Shown here piece by piece: positions 55,001 to 62,360 of a DNA stretch of 64,000 nt (positions within the stretch are counted from its first letter, which is position 1; the number at the start of each line of letters is the position of its first letter). Made by a program: the position numbers and the translations under genes. Below the pieces are notes generated by a model that worked only from the letters and a program-made list of their open reading frames with translations, did not search any database and was not told where the DNA came from. This DNA is from a virus (taxonomy: Duplodnaviria; Caudoviricetes), in IMG/VR virus record IMGVR_UViG_2595698524_000001, positions 96,001-160,000 of that record. One strand, written 5' to 3'.

Positions 55001-55715
55001 AGTTGGCAGCGGTCGCCGTTTGCATACCCGGTAAATAGAACTCGCAAGTATACAGGTAGTCGGACACTGCAAAGCCTGAGTAACTACCAAAGTCGAAACG
55101 ATAATCACTGTTGTTAGTAAAGGCGTGTCTGCCGGTAGGGGCATCAAAACGCACACCGCCGTGTGAATAATCCTGCACGTAACCTTGCGCAGTAGTGACG
55201 GTTAACGGGTCTTTCTTAGGCGGCTTATATTTCAGCCCTTCGGCCAGCACACCTAAGGCGTCCATCAGCTCACGTTCACCGCACCAGTTATCCCAATCAA
55301 ACTGGATATCTACCGGTGGAAAATACGGGTCACCGACGACGTCTTCCCAATATTTATCAGTGAAGACGGTATTCCCGGCAATAAAAGCAGTTTTTTGTGC
55401 TGCCGTAGCAGCATTAATACCTACTGGATGGTAGGTCACTGTCAATGCACGGGAAACTGAGTCGTCAATAACCAAAATAGCGCCGTGAATACGGCGAGCT
55501 GTACGCAGCACCCCGGTGGCGTACGGCAACACTTTATAATAGTGCACCTGCTCTTGGAGTTCTTTTGTACCATCGAAAAGCTTAAACTCGAGGTCGGTAT
55601 AATACGGACCGTGAGTCGGGAAAATAAGTCGCGGGCCGGTAGCAGGCAGAGTTTGTGCTTCTTTTGTCTGCACGTTTTCCGCTACTGTCCCATGTGGATC
55701 AAACACGACAGACAT
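52089..55715 (-). CDS. tail fibre protein (1208 aa)
   Basis: Shared N-domain; HILRKDNPH; HTH and ATTTVKGTVKL repeats; C-terminal lectin-like beta domain. Confidence 0.85.
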   Translation of the reverse strand: MSVVFDPHGTVAENVQTKEAQTLPATGPRLIFPTHGPYYTDLEFKLFDGTKELQEQVHYYKVLPYATGVLRTARRIHGAILVIDDSVSRALTVTYHPVGINAATAAQKTAFIAGNTVFTDKYWEDVVGDPYFPPVDIQFDWDNWCGERELMDALGVLAEGLKYKPPKKDPLTVTTAQGYVQDYSHGGVRFDAPTGRHAFTNNSDYRFDFGSYSGFAVSDYLYTCEFYLPGMQTATAANFSIFFNNSWSSNFVDCRLIYDYATQKFKVTLNRRENSAYTSWEIASFAFPKAKFAKAFKVRISRNRAQNGFELYISNADGIIGKLVYNHNNPPASLLNVYTNYGIAARLAGATDIRTSVGVKLNGYMQIIDCPGFEADISEDTLGLLKTWYNLLRASFDQAPAHDHILRKDNPHDEEAGWIGALVRNGISADAVRAYGRTLPQLTTYVNSLAPTQNSLLSKVRREVSSRLLKGTIVGVEGLTQFTQGSDANNIRILAKFDKLQSWLIARNDNVSVTAAQYIDIKSGTGVLRLYNDARGLTWNNAKLLTHDTIGPYIPQGGAAALGFVGVSTATITLTGKGIGSNPFVATWQAPSAADVNTLAMRLVTDDFGTSSALAATPALIAKLAANFTGKLLKDKANINGIKLAGSITLSKSMYGLSEVVDISDILMPMSDAMEALIADYEDNPNHTHPASMFGITTATTTVKGTVKLGGIENDNTVVLDGREVLEQKARLDQVDTLSSDTMTPAVINILRYGTSGAGFVEGVEFEDFMVSIPANFYYCGDRRAVPAVSYNLIDLFPGAYTNKTFYLYVDVTSTGTAVHSISATRRQENDTLTEIGEVTTDGDTIYRANVYNVTRLGNFREFEEHVENPSAHIEKVADKNSLGLSSVRNIPASISNYKVGFTNGIRDWQGIFGNASWTQTGQQLMFASYGTGQNAVIGLAHSQKQADYTMRGTISTDSTADNGGWLGWLLAYRKVKTEEHTLSVIANPDVGGWANDSGQPVIHAVVIDAGKGTQIVVPGVTGRSTTQKLSQLVVKPATITRVGNVFTVQLGAVSSLDAISDTFVIDLDALTVTASNSNGQSKMTQLGPLLRSKGIATDFFHGSVLTGVLGLYKSKSTYTFQLHPAVDNTKLYSTLGSLVDNVSPLGKVRVAKGTLTSATLAQSALEAQVGTPVLPTLDGRGIKYSAINCSYYSLNTAYTMLMVRSTK

Positions 55716-55744
55716 GGATTACTCCTTTGTAAACTGGGCCACCG

Positions 55745-55763
55745 AGGGTCATATTATGACCTT
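55745..55763. promoter_or_regulatory. putative divergent late promoter pair (back-to-back TATG palindrome)
   Basis: GGTCATA-T-TATGACC in the 69-bp gap between divergent structural genes. Confidence 0.5.
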
Positions 55764-55784
55764 TCTTCTAACGAGGAACCCCTA

Positions 55785-57032
55785 ATGGAAGCGATTTATC
55801 AAGTGCGGTCAGACAACGCTTTCGGCTATAATCGCAGTACCCGCATTTGGGAAAATGTTGATATCACGCTGCCGATTAAGACGTTGCTCGACCAGTATCA
55901 CGAAATTGAAGTCGGTGTTGATGACTTTAATAGCAAACCCTTTACTTTTTTTACCCGGTTGCATCTGTCCGACCTGAGCAACTTCACGGGCAATCTTCAG
56001 GCGTGGTTCACCTCGAAAGCCGGGGTAGCAATTACTACGTTGAAAGAAGGTTATCCGGTTCTGGAGTTCAATAAGGCATACTACCAGTCATTGTTCTGGG
56101 ACATCGGTATCAAAACCCATATCTGTCCTCCGGGTACACACTTCACGCAGGATTTCGCTATTGATGACGCGACAGACATTGTCGTTGAAATTGAGAAAGA
56201 GAACTCTGCACTTTACAACAATTACGCGTTGTATAATGTTGACGGGTACTGGGTACCGCATGTCTACGACGATGCTGGTATTCGCCTAACTGCGGCCGGT
56301 AAAATCGTTAAGCGTAGTGGCCGTGTCTCGGTTGGTTGTCTTGTGATGAAACATATCGCCAAGGTGAAGACCATACCGATTACTGACGATATGTTATTTC
56401 GCGTCGACACTTCGATGGACTGGACTTCGAATCTGCTGCTGAAAGTGGGTACGGGGCTAACCGGGAAAACGGTTGGGTTAGTAATTGGTGGGGTGTTGCG
56501 TTGGCTTAAACCGTCACAGATAATCTCTGACACCACCGCAACGGTTTCACTCTCTAACCTGAACCTGCTCAAGCAACTGCTGATGTCAGAAACGCATTAT
56601 GACTGGGATGCCCTCGGTCTAGGTGATTTCGCATCGCCTTCTGCAGTGGCTAAGCTGCGCAATACCGAAACGCTCCGTGCTTTGCTGAAACACGAATCCT
56701 CGTTCTTGGTGACCATTGATACCCCGTATCTGGAAATCAGTAACGACTACGTGAACCACACGGCTAACCCGGGCATCTTCTATTACGCCGACAAAAACGG
56801 TGACAAAACACTCGGTATCCTGACTAACGACTTGGGCAAGTGCATTGACTACTGGCCTATTTGGGAAGAAGGAGAGTGGACACTTAACACCAACGAGTTG
56901 TCTAACCCGAGTTATGTTGCCTTCACGTCAAAGTGGCAGAACCACCATGTAGTGAACGATGCGTTTACCCATCTGGACCGTTACCGTAAACCAATGGCGG
57001 TGATGCAGCAGTTCCGAGCCAGAAAAAATTAA
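55785..57032 (+). CDS. putative virion structural protein (415 aa)
   Basis: GAGGA RBS before ATG 55785 (MEAIYQV). The track's upstream extension overlaps the divergent fibre gene. Confidence 0.75.
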   Translation: MEAIYQVRSDNAFGYNRSTRIWENVDITLPIKTLLDQYHEIEVGVDDFNSKPFTFFTRLHLSDLSNFTGNLQAWFTSKAGVAITTLKEGYPVLEFNKAYYQSLFWDIGIKTHICPPGTHFTQDFAIDDATDIVVEIEKENSALYNNYALYNVDGYWVPHVYDDAGIRLTAAGKIVKRSGRVSVGCLVMKHIAKVKTIPITDDMLFRVDTSMDWTSNLLLKVGTGLTGKTVGLVIGGVLRWLKPSQIISDTTATVSLSNLNLLKQLLMSETHYDWDALGLGDFASPSAVAKLRNTETLRALLKHESSFLVTIDTPYLEISNDYVNHTANPGIFYYADKNGDKTLGILTNDLGKCIDYWPIWEEGEWTLNTNELSNPSYVAFTSKWQNHHVVNDAFTHLDRYRKPMAVMQQFRARKN

Positions 57033-57038
57033 AGATAA

Positions 57039-57076
57039 CTACTCTCCCATCGGGAGAGTAGCCTTTTACTTTTTTT
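57039..57076. terminator. bidirectional intrinsic terminator
   Basis: CTACTCTCCC-ATC-GGGAGAGTAG between convergent genes, with A/T tracts on both sides. Confidence 0.8.
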
Positions 57077-57281
57077 ACGCGTCTGCTTTGTACACAATCG
57101 CGTTGCCGTGCATTTTGTTGTCACCGCCGGCAGCAGTGATAACGATAGCGTCGCCGCCCAGCTCTGCCGCTTTCGCTTCCAGTGCTTTTTCGACGTCGTT
57201 CAGAGTGGCCTGGCCAGAAACAGAAACATGACCGATTTCAGAATAGCCTGCCGGTACAGAACCTTTTGCGAACTGTTGCAT
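57075..57281 (-). CDS. DUF1471 (YdgH/BhsA/McbA-like) domain protein lacking a signal peptide
   Basis: IGHVSVSG..TLND.E.AL..KA.E.G.....IT.A.G.NKMHG.A.VYK pattern. GAGGA RBS. Confidence 0.85.
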   Translation of the reverse strand: MQQFAKGSVPAGYSEIGHVSVSGQATLNDVEKALEAKAAELGGDAIVITAAGGDNKMHGNAIVYKADA

Positions 57282-57591
57282 AACTTCATCCTCAGTTGTG
57301 TTGCGAGTAACAAGACCCCATGTCTTTTACCCCATGTGCATACTAAGGCAAACAAATTAGAATTCCCCCTAGACGAGGTTGGCGCGAATCATTTATCGGC
57401 CGAAACAAGTCGTAGGGGGTATTCCGTTTTTTGGTCCGCTTCAGCAATCGCAATCGCTTATCGAATCCACAGGCGCGCACGCCAGTAATGGGCTAATGAA
57501 AGCCTCTTTCAGTTCCAAATTGTGGGCACTACTGTTGCTACCGATTAAACAGTGCATGTTGCATATAATAGCAACAACTGTTGTTATTGAA

Positions 57592-58500
57592 TTATTTCGG
57601 TTTAGATACGTCTTTACCGTCGCCCTGTTCAGTGTGGACGTGCAGACTAAAGGTGATACCCTTAATGACCGCTTCGGTAACGGTGAACGTACCTTTACCG
57701 GTTCCTTTCCCGTTGTAAGTGAAATCTTTACCAACGAGGAAGTTGCCGGTCGTTTCATGCTCAGGCGTATCGTGCGTTACTTTACTTGACGCTTTGACAG
57801 TTGCCGTTTCACACTCAACCAACCACTCTTTCGTCTTCCAGTGAATCTTATCCTTCGCTGTCCCGAATATCTCATCACGCACCATATGCATCTTGGTACC
57901 GAAAGAGTTCTCCGCGCCGATATCGCCTTCTTCAGAAGCCAGCCAGATTTTGTTACCGACGTCGTCCATGATGACAAACTTCGATTCTTCAGTGTCGAGC
58001 TGAATATCGTAACCAAACTTCTCACCGTTCATCTTCGACGTGTGGAGTGTGATATGTTTGTCTTCTGGAGAGAAGGCCATCCAGTAGGCGTTGGCAAGGT
58101 TATTAACGGTGCCGTTCTTCGGGTCAGCGCCAAAGGCAAACACGACATGCTCTAAACGCTTGGCGTTCATGCAATTCATGTCTTCCCAGTAATAGATATC
58201 CGTTTCACCCAAACGGTTAATGCGAACTTGGTCGCCTTTCTTCACGTCCGGGGAAGTTACACGGTTGCTGTTGAGATGCATCCACGTTGCGTCAATGGTT
58301 TTACCCATTGTGAGCTTCAGGTTGTCCTGTGCCCCCTTCGCGTTCTTGTAGGACATCTCAACTTCTTGTTCCTGAGCATCGATAGTCGTTGCGTTGGCGA
58401 AGTTCACCTCGATGGGGATGACTTTAATGACGTCCGTACCTCGGGGCTTGTCTTCCGCAACGATACCATAGCTGTAGGCTTTTAGTTGTGAAATTTCCAT
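57592..58500 (-). CDS. baseplate central spike (gpV/gp5-like: OB fold, beta-helix, HxH apex)
   Basis: N-terminal GIV.EDK...PDVKKGDQV, beta-helical repeats, C-terminal LHVHTEQGDG..VSKP. Confidence 0.85.
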   Translation of the reverse strand: MEISQLKAYSYGIVAEDKPRGTDVIKVIPIEVNFANATTIDAQEQEVEMSYKNAKGAQDNLKLTMGKTIDATWMHLNSNRVTSPDVKKGDQVRINRLGETDIYYWEDMNCMNAKRLEHVVFAFGADPKNGTVNNLANAYWMAFSPEDKHITLHTSKMNGEKFGYDIQLDTEESKFVIMDDVGNKIWLASEEGDIGAENSFGTKMHMVRDEIFGTAKDKIHWKTKEWLVECETATVKASSKVTHDTPEHETTGNFLVGKDFTYNGKGTGKGTFTVTEAVIKGITFSLHVHTEQGDGKDVSKPK

Positions 58501-58690
58501 TAGTCACCTCGTTGTACGTTACATACTATCCCGCTACTCTCTTTTTTTACGTTACACCCCTAGTTTATAGAAGGATACGTGAGAACGGATTCTGGGGAGA
58601 GGGGGCTTTTAATACACGGAGCGTAGCGACATCCTTATTCTTGTTTTGATCCCTTTAACATAGCCTTCCTCCTTTTTTCTAGTGAATTTA

Positions 58691-58710
58691 TTTTCAGATA
58701 TATATTACCT
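58691..58710 (+). promoter_or_regulatory. putative phage early promoter (TATATTAC)
   Basis: TATATTAC at 58701-58708 in an AT-rich intergenic region, matching the phiKZ early promoter consensus as I recall it. Confidence 0.55.
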
Positions 58711-58797
58711 AAGTGAATAGAACCATGTGTTCTTCAACTCCCCACTTTCCTTTAGTGAATTGATTGGGGTTAACTGAGACTACTAGAGGTTTTAGAA

Positions 58798-59892
58798 ATG
58801 AGTAATGAAAAACTGGTACGTGGTATTGAAACTCTGCTGAACGATATTGCAGATAAAAAAGATACTTTCGATAACTTTGCGCCGCGCCTGACAACTCTTC
58901 TAAGAAAAGAGGAAAACGCCAGCTGGGATTGCTTCTCAGTACCGACGGCTATTGGCCTATCGAATTTAGAAGAATGGCTGATTAAAGAGCATCAGCTTGA
59001 CTTAGATTACCTGTGTCCGACCAAAGAAGGTCTGCAGAAAATTCTACAAGGCGTTTCTGATGCCATTTACAAGCCTTATGGCGACAGCAAACCAACTTGG
59101 GAAGTTTACGAGGGTGGGACGTATAAACTCCTTATTCAGCGTATGCGCAACATTCCGTTGTACGCGGCTGTAATCAAGAGAGACAAATCGGCTGTATATG
59201 ACGAAACGGGGACACGACTGCAGACGACGCAAGACTTCGTTAACAAAATTAAGAGTCAGGTTATTGAGCTTTACGAACGACGTGTTAACCAGTCAGACGT
59301 TGTCAAGGATATTGCAGCGTTCATCGCACATGAAACAAAATCTCCTTGGAAGCCAACCTCGCTAAAACACCATGATTTTGAAACGCAGTCTCCACGGTTG
59401 TTTCCAGAAGACCAGCGGGATAAACCGTTTTTAATAGAAGCATGGAACGCGACAGCGCCGTCGGGTGCTTTGATGAGCGAGATTGCAGACGCCATTACTG
59501 CCGGCACTCAACACTATTACGACTTCCCCCTCAAAACCCGCTTCAGCGGTTGGTTGGGTAAGTCGGGCGAATCACGTTGTATACATTTGAGATTCTGCAC
59601 CGCGCCTGCTACGGGTGGGTGTCAAGATGTCTTGCAAACAAACATGATTCTTTCTCTGGACGAGGTGGAATCGAACATGGGGTCTCGGGAAGCACGCTAT
59701 GCGGCATTCCTTCCAGATTCCGGCGACCGGAGCCGTAATGAGCCGGTTTATTTGATGTCGGCGAAAGCCACACGCTCCCTAACTAACGGGCGACCGTTAA
59801 CTGCAGCCCTTGACGACATTCGCCATGTCGCAAAGCAACAGGGGTGGAGTGATGTGCAGGCTTTTGGACAGCAACTGCTGTTCATTAGCTAA
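58798..59892 (+). CDS. hypothetical protein
   Basis: GAGG RBS, 364 aa. Confidence 0.75.
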   Translation: MSNEKLVRGIETLLNDIADKKDTFDNFAPRLTTLLRKEENASWDCFSVPTAIGLSNLEEWLIKEHQLDLDYLCPTKEGLQKILQGVSDAIYKPYGDSKPTWEVYEGGTYKLLIQRMRNIPLYAAVIKRDKSAVYDETGTRLQTTQDFVNKIKSQVIELYERRVNQSDVVKDIAAFIAHETKSPWKPTSLKHHDFETQSPRLFPEDQRDKPFLIEAWNATAPSGALMSEIADAITAGTQHYYDFPLKTRFSGWLGKSGESRCIHLRFCTAPATGGCQDVLQTNMILSLDEVESNMGSREARYAAFLPDSGDRSRNEPVYLMSAKATRSLTNGRPLTAALDDIRHVAKQQGWSDVQAFGQQLLFIS

Positions 59893-59904
59893 AACTATAA
59901 AACT

Positions 59905-59929
59905 GGAGGGGCGTAGACCCCTCCCTTTA
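59905..59929 (+). terminator. hairpin / weak terminator
   Basis: GGAGGGG-CGTAGA-CCCCTCC followed by CTTT. Confidence 0.55.
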
Positions 59930-59961
59930 GCATTATTCGTTGCAATAAAGAGGTATCCACT

Positions 59962-60249
59962 ATGTTTGACTTTATTAATAAACTGATTATCGCCGCTTCT
60001 CTTTCCAACAAGGAATCCGCAGCTTACCTCCGTGCTAACACAGAACTCGGACGTTGGTTGTTCCGCCGCGATAACCGTATCGATTTAGATAAAGTTCAAC
60101 GTTTAGTCAATGAAGACTACGACGTTCGGTTTATCACCCGCCACCCTGACTCACATGTGGCTAAGCGTGATGCTAATACTAAAACCGGCGACGTGGTTGT
60201 AATCAAACATAACGGGGCGGAGTTCGAATACGAATATCGCCTCGAATAA
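59962..60249 (+). CDS. hypothetical protein
   Basis: GAGGT RBS, 95 aa. Confidence 0.7.
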   Translation: MFDFINKLIIAASLSNKESAAYLRANTELGRWLFRRDNRIDLDKVQRLVNEDYDVRFITRHPDSHVAKRDANTKTGDVVVIKHNGAEFEYEYRLE

Positions 60250-60273
60250 AATTTAAAATTCGGAGTGTACAAA

Positions 60274-60840
60274 ATGAAAAAGATGTCCTTTAGTCGTTCT
60301 CTGTACGTTCGTGAAACTGTAGAGAATTATTCTGCAACAGAGCTGTGTGCTTTGATGAAGTCTATTGAAGTAAGTCGCGATGCAAGAGTAGTAGCGCTCA
60401 ACGGTACCCGTGAGATGCTGGAGGCCATCCTCAACACTCCGCAATTAAATTATTACCTGCGATGCAACTACAAGTCGGTTATCGATGCCGTCGAAATGGG
60501 GAAATGCAGTTTTAGAAAGTGGGGCGCTCCTGCACGTGCTACTGTCGTGGTAACTGACCACCACGAAGGGGTACGCGTAAGCATTCTGGGCACCGAGATG
60601 TCGGTGGTGGTACCAGATGGTTTCGTGGAGAAATATGATGTCGCTCAGAGCAGTGTGGACGGTGTGCTGTTAGACGCTGACCGCTTTGACTTTGTCTTCA
60701 CCTTCCCAGCCGCTATCTCTTGCTACTACCCGCTTATCAAAATGCTGCGCGAAGCATCACAGCACCTTGAGTGTATTGATGTCTTCCGCTTACAAGATGC
60801 GTCAGGACAAACGGAGAGCGCTCTGCGCCTTTTTGCCTGA
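60274..60840 (+). CDS. hypothetical protein
   Basis: GGAG RBS before ATG 60274. Confidence 0.7.
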   Translation: MKKMSFSRSLYVRETVENYSATELCALMKSIEVSRDARVVALNGTREMLEAILNTPQLNYYLRCNYKSVIDAVEMGKCSFRKWGAPARATVVVTDHHEGVRVSILGTEMSVVVPDGFVEKYDVAQSSVDGVLLDADRFDFVFTFPAAISCYYPLIKMLREASQHLECIDVFRLQDASGQTESALRLFA

Positions 60841-60865
60841 CCCTAGCACCGAATGAGGAGTAATC

Positions 60866-61375
60866 ATGTTTACCTTTACCCGTATGAACAAATTTTCCCC
60901 TGCACAGTTAATGGCAATGGCTTCTACCATGTGTCAAATGCAGGATTTAGAGCAGCGTATCTTAAACGGTACAGGCAGCATTGAGAAGGCTGCGCGCCAA
61001 ATCAATATTCGTCTGTACACCGCTGCGCAACGTAGTGGAGCTTTCCACAAATCGTTGTTTGCATTGCCGATGGTTACTGCCTATCGGGACAACCACGGCC
61101 TGCCGTTCAATCGGGACTTCCCACTTCACCTTAGCACCTGCTTATACATTGCGTATAAGCCTGTTTTCGGTGACATCCGTATACGCAATATATTGACGGG
61201 TGAGGAGTTTCGCAGTACCGAACGCGGCACTCCAGTCATGGAGAAGTCGGAAGGGGTATTCGTGTTTAACGGCGCTAGGGTGCTGAACAATACGCCGTAC
61301 GAAGATATCAGTGGGGTCTACAGACCTGTGCTCGAAGTCGTAGAAGAGGACGATGACGAGCTGGTCATGAGTTAA
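60866..61375 (+). CDS. hypothetical protein
   Basis: GAGGAG RBS, 169 aa. Confidence 0.75.
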   Translation: MFTFTRMNKFSPAQLMAMASTMCQMQDLEQRILNGTGSIEKAARQINIRLYTAAQRSGAFHKSLFALPMVTAYRDNHGLPFNRDFPLHLSTCLYIAYKPVFGDIRIRNILTGEEFRSTERGTPVMEKSEGVFVFNGARVLNNTPYEDISGVYRPVLEVVEEDDDELVMS

Positions 61376-61405
61376 TGTGCCAACGTTTAGGTTCACGTTT
61401 GAACC

Positions 61406-61440
61406 GGGAGGACAGGGAATCTGTCCTCTTCTTTTTTTCT
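61406..61440 (+). terminator. intrinsic terminator
   Basis: GGGAGGACAG-GGAAT-CTGTCCTCTT followed by CTTTTTTT. Confidence 0.75.
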
Positions 61441-61465
61441 ATCCAAATAATCACGTGGAGTTATC

Positions 61466-62278
61466 ATGCAAAATATAGACCGATTCTTTCCGAACCACTC
61501 TGAACTCGAACAGCGTGGAATCGTAGATGCTAGGGAGGAGATACTCACCATTAACAATATGCTGGTTTCCATGCTGGCCGACCCTGAAGTTCCAGATATG
61601 GTGAAACCGCTAATCTGGGGCGAGGTGAGAAAAGACACCCTTAGTCAAGATCAGTTCCAAAGCTTTCTGAATAATAAAACGGGCGCAGCAGATTGGTTAC
61701 GTAACAGTTTCCCGGAGATGGTAAAGGTTACGTTTCTTAATGACGATCGAAAAGCGAAGACCCCAGGCTTATCTAAAATAGGCGTTTACTTTGAAGTGAA
61801 AAACGGGCACATCATCGTGTACCCTATCGGCTTCAACCTCCCCGGTGGGAACGTGTTCAAATGCGCCGAACGTGGGGATTTGAATGGTTGTCGTGAACTG
61901 ACCAAAACCTTTGTGTTCTTCGGGCCGGATGCGCAGTTTGCGTGCGCGATGCCGCAAGATGTATTACAAGCGCTTCAGGGATTACGGGCAGAACTCTGGG
62001 AATTCATAAACCCTCGCATGCCGTATTTGAATGAAACGATTCACGCTCTTCGTGACGAGATAGATGCGCGACTTCGCTATCAGGCCGAGACTAGCGTGTT
62101 GGCACCGGTGTTGAGTTTGGCCGTATCTGCTTTAAACGACCCGACCAAAAGAAAAGACATGGGCCGCTGGCTGCGTAGTGAATATCTGAAAGACGAAATG
62201 GTTTTTAATCATGCCTGTAAACTGCTCGATATTGCAATTAACACGGGTAACGATGGTGTGACTGTACGCTATTTATAA
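61466..62278 (+). CDS. hypothetical protein
   Basis: GGAG RBS, 270 aa. Confidence 0.75.
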   Translation: MQNIDRFFPNHSELEQRGIVDAREEILTINNMLVSMLADPEVPDMVKPLIWGEVRKDTLSQDQFQSFLNNKTGAADWLRNSFPEMVKVTFLNDDRKAKTPGLSKIGVYFEVKNGHIIVYPIGFNLPGGNVFKCAERGDLNGCRELTKTFVFFGPDAQFACAMPQDVLQALQGLRAELWEFINPRMPYLNETIHALRDEIDARLRYQAETSVLAPVLSLAVSALNDPTKRKDMGRWLRSEYLKDEMVFNHACKLLDIAINTGNDGVTVRYL

Positions 62279-62284
62279 AAGAGC

Positions 62285-62316
62285 GGGACTTCGGTCCCTT
62301 CTTTTTTTTGTTTTTT
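62285..62316 (+). terminator. intrinsic terminator (UUCG loop)
   Basis: GGGAC-TTCG-GTCCC followed by long T tracts. Confidence 0.8.
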
Positions 62317-62360
62317 ACGGTACATGCCTAGAGTATAAGAAAAGAAAAGGTGTGAATATC

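Noticed and set aside
55485-55784. 100-aa N-terminal extension of the 55485-57032 ORF
   Set aside because: It overlaps the divergent fibre gene. A good RBS and ATG at 55785 give the likelier start.
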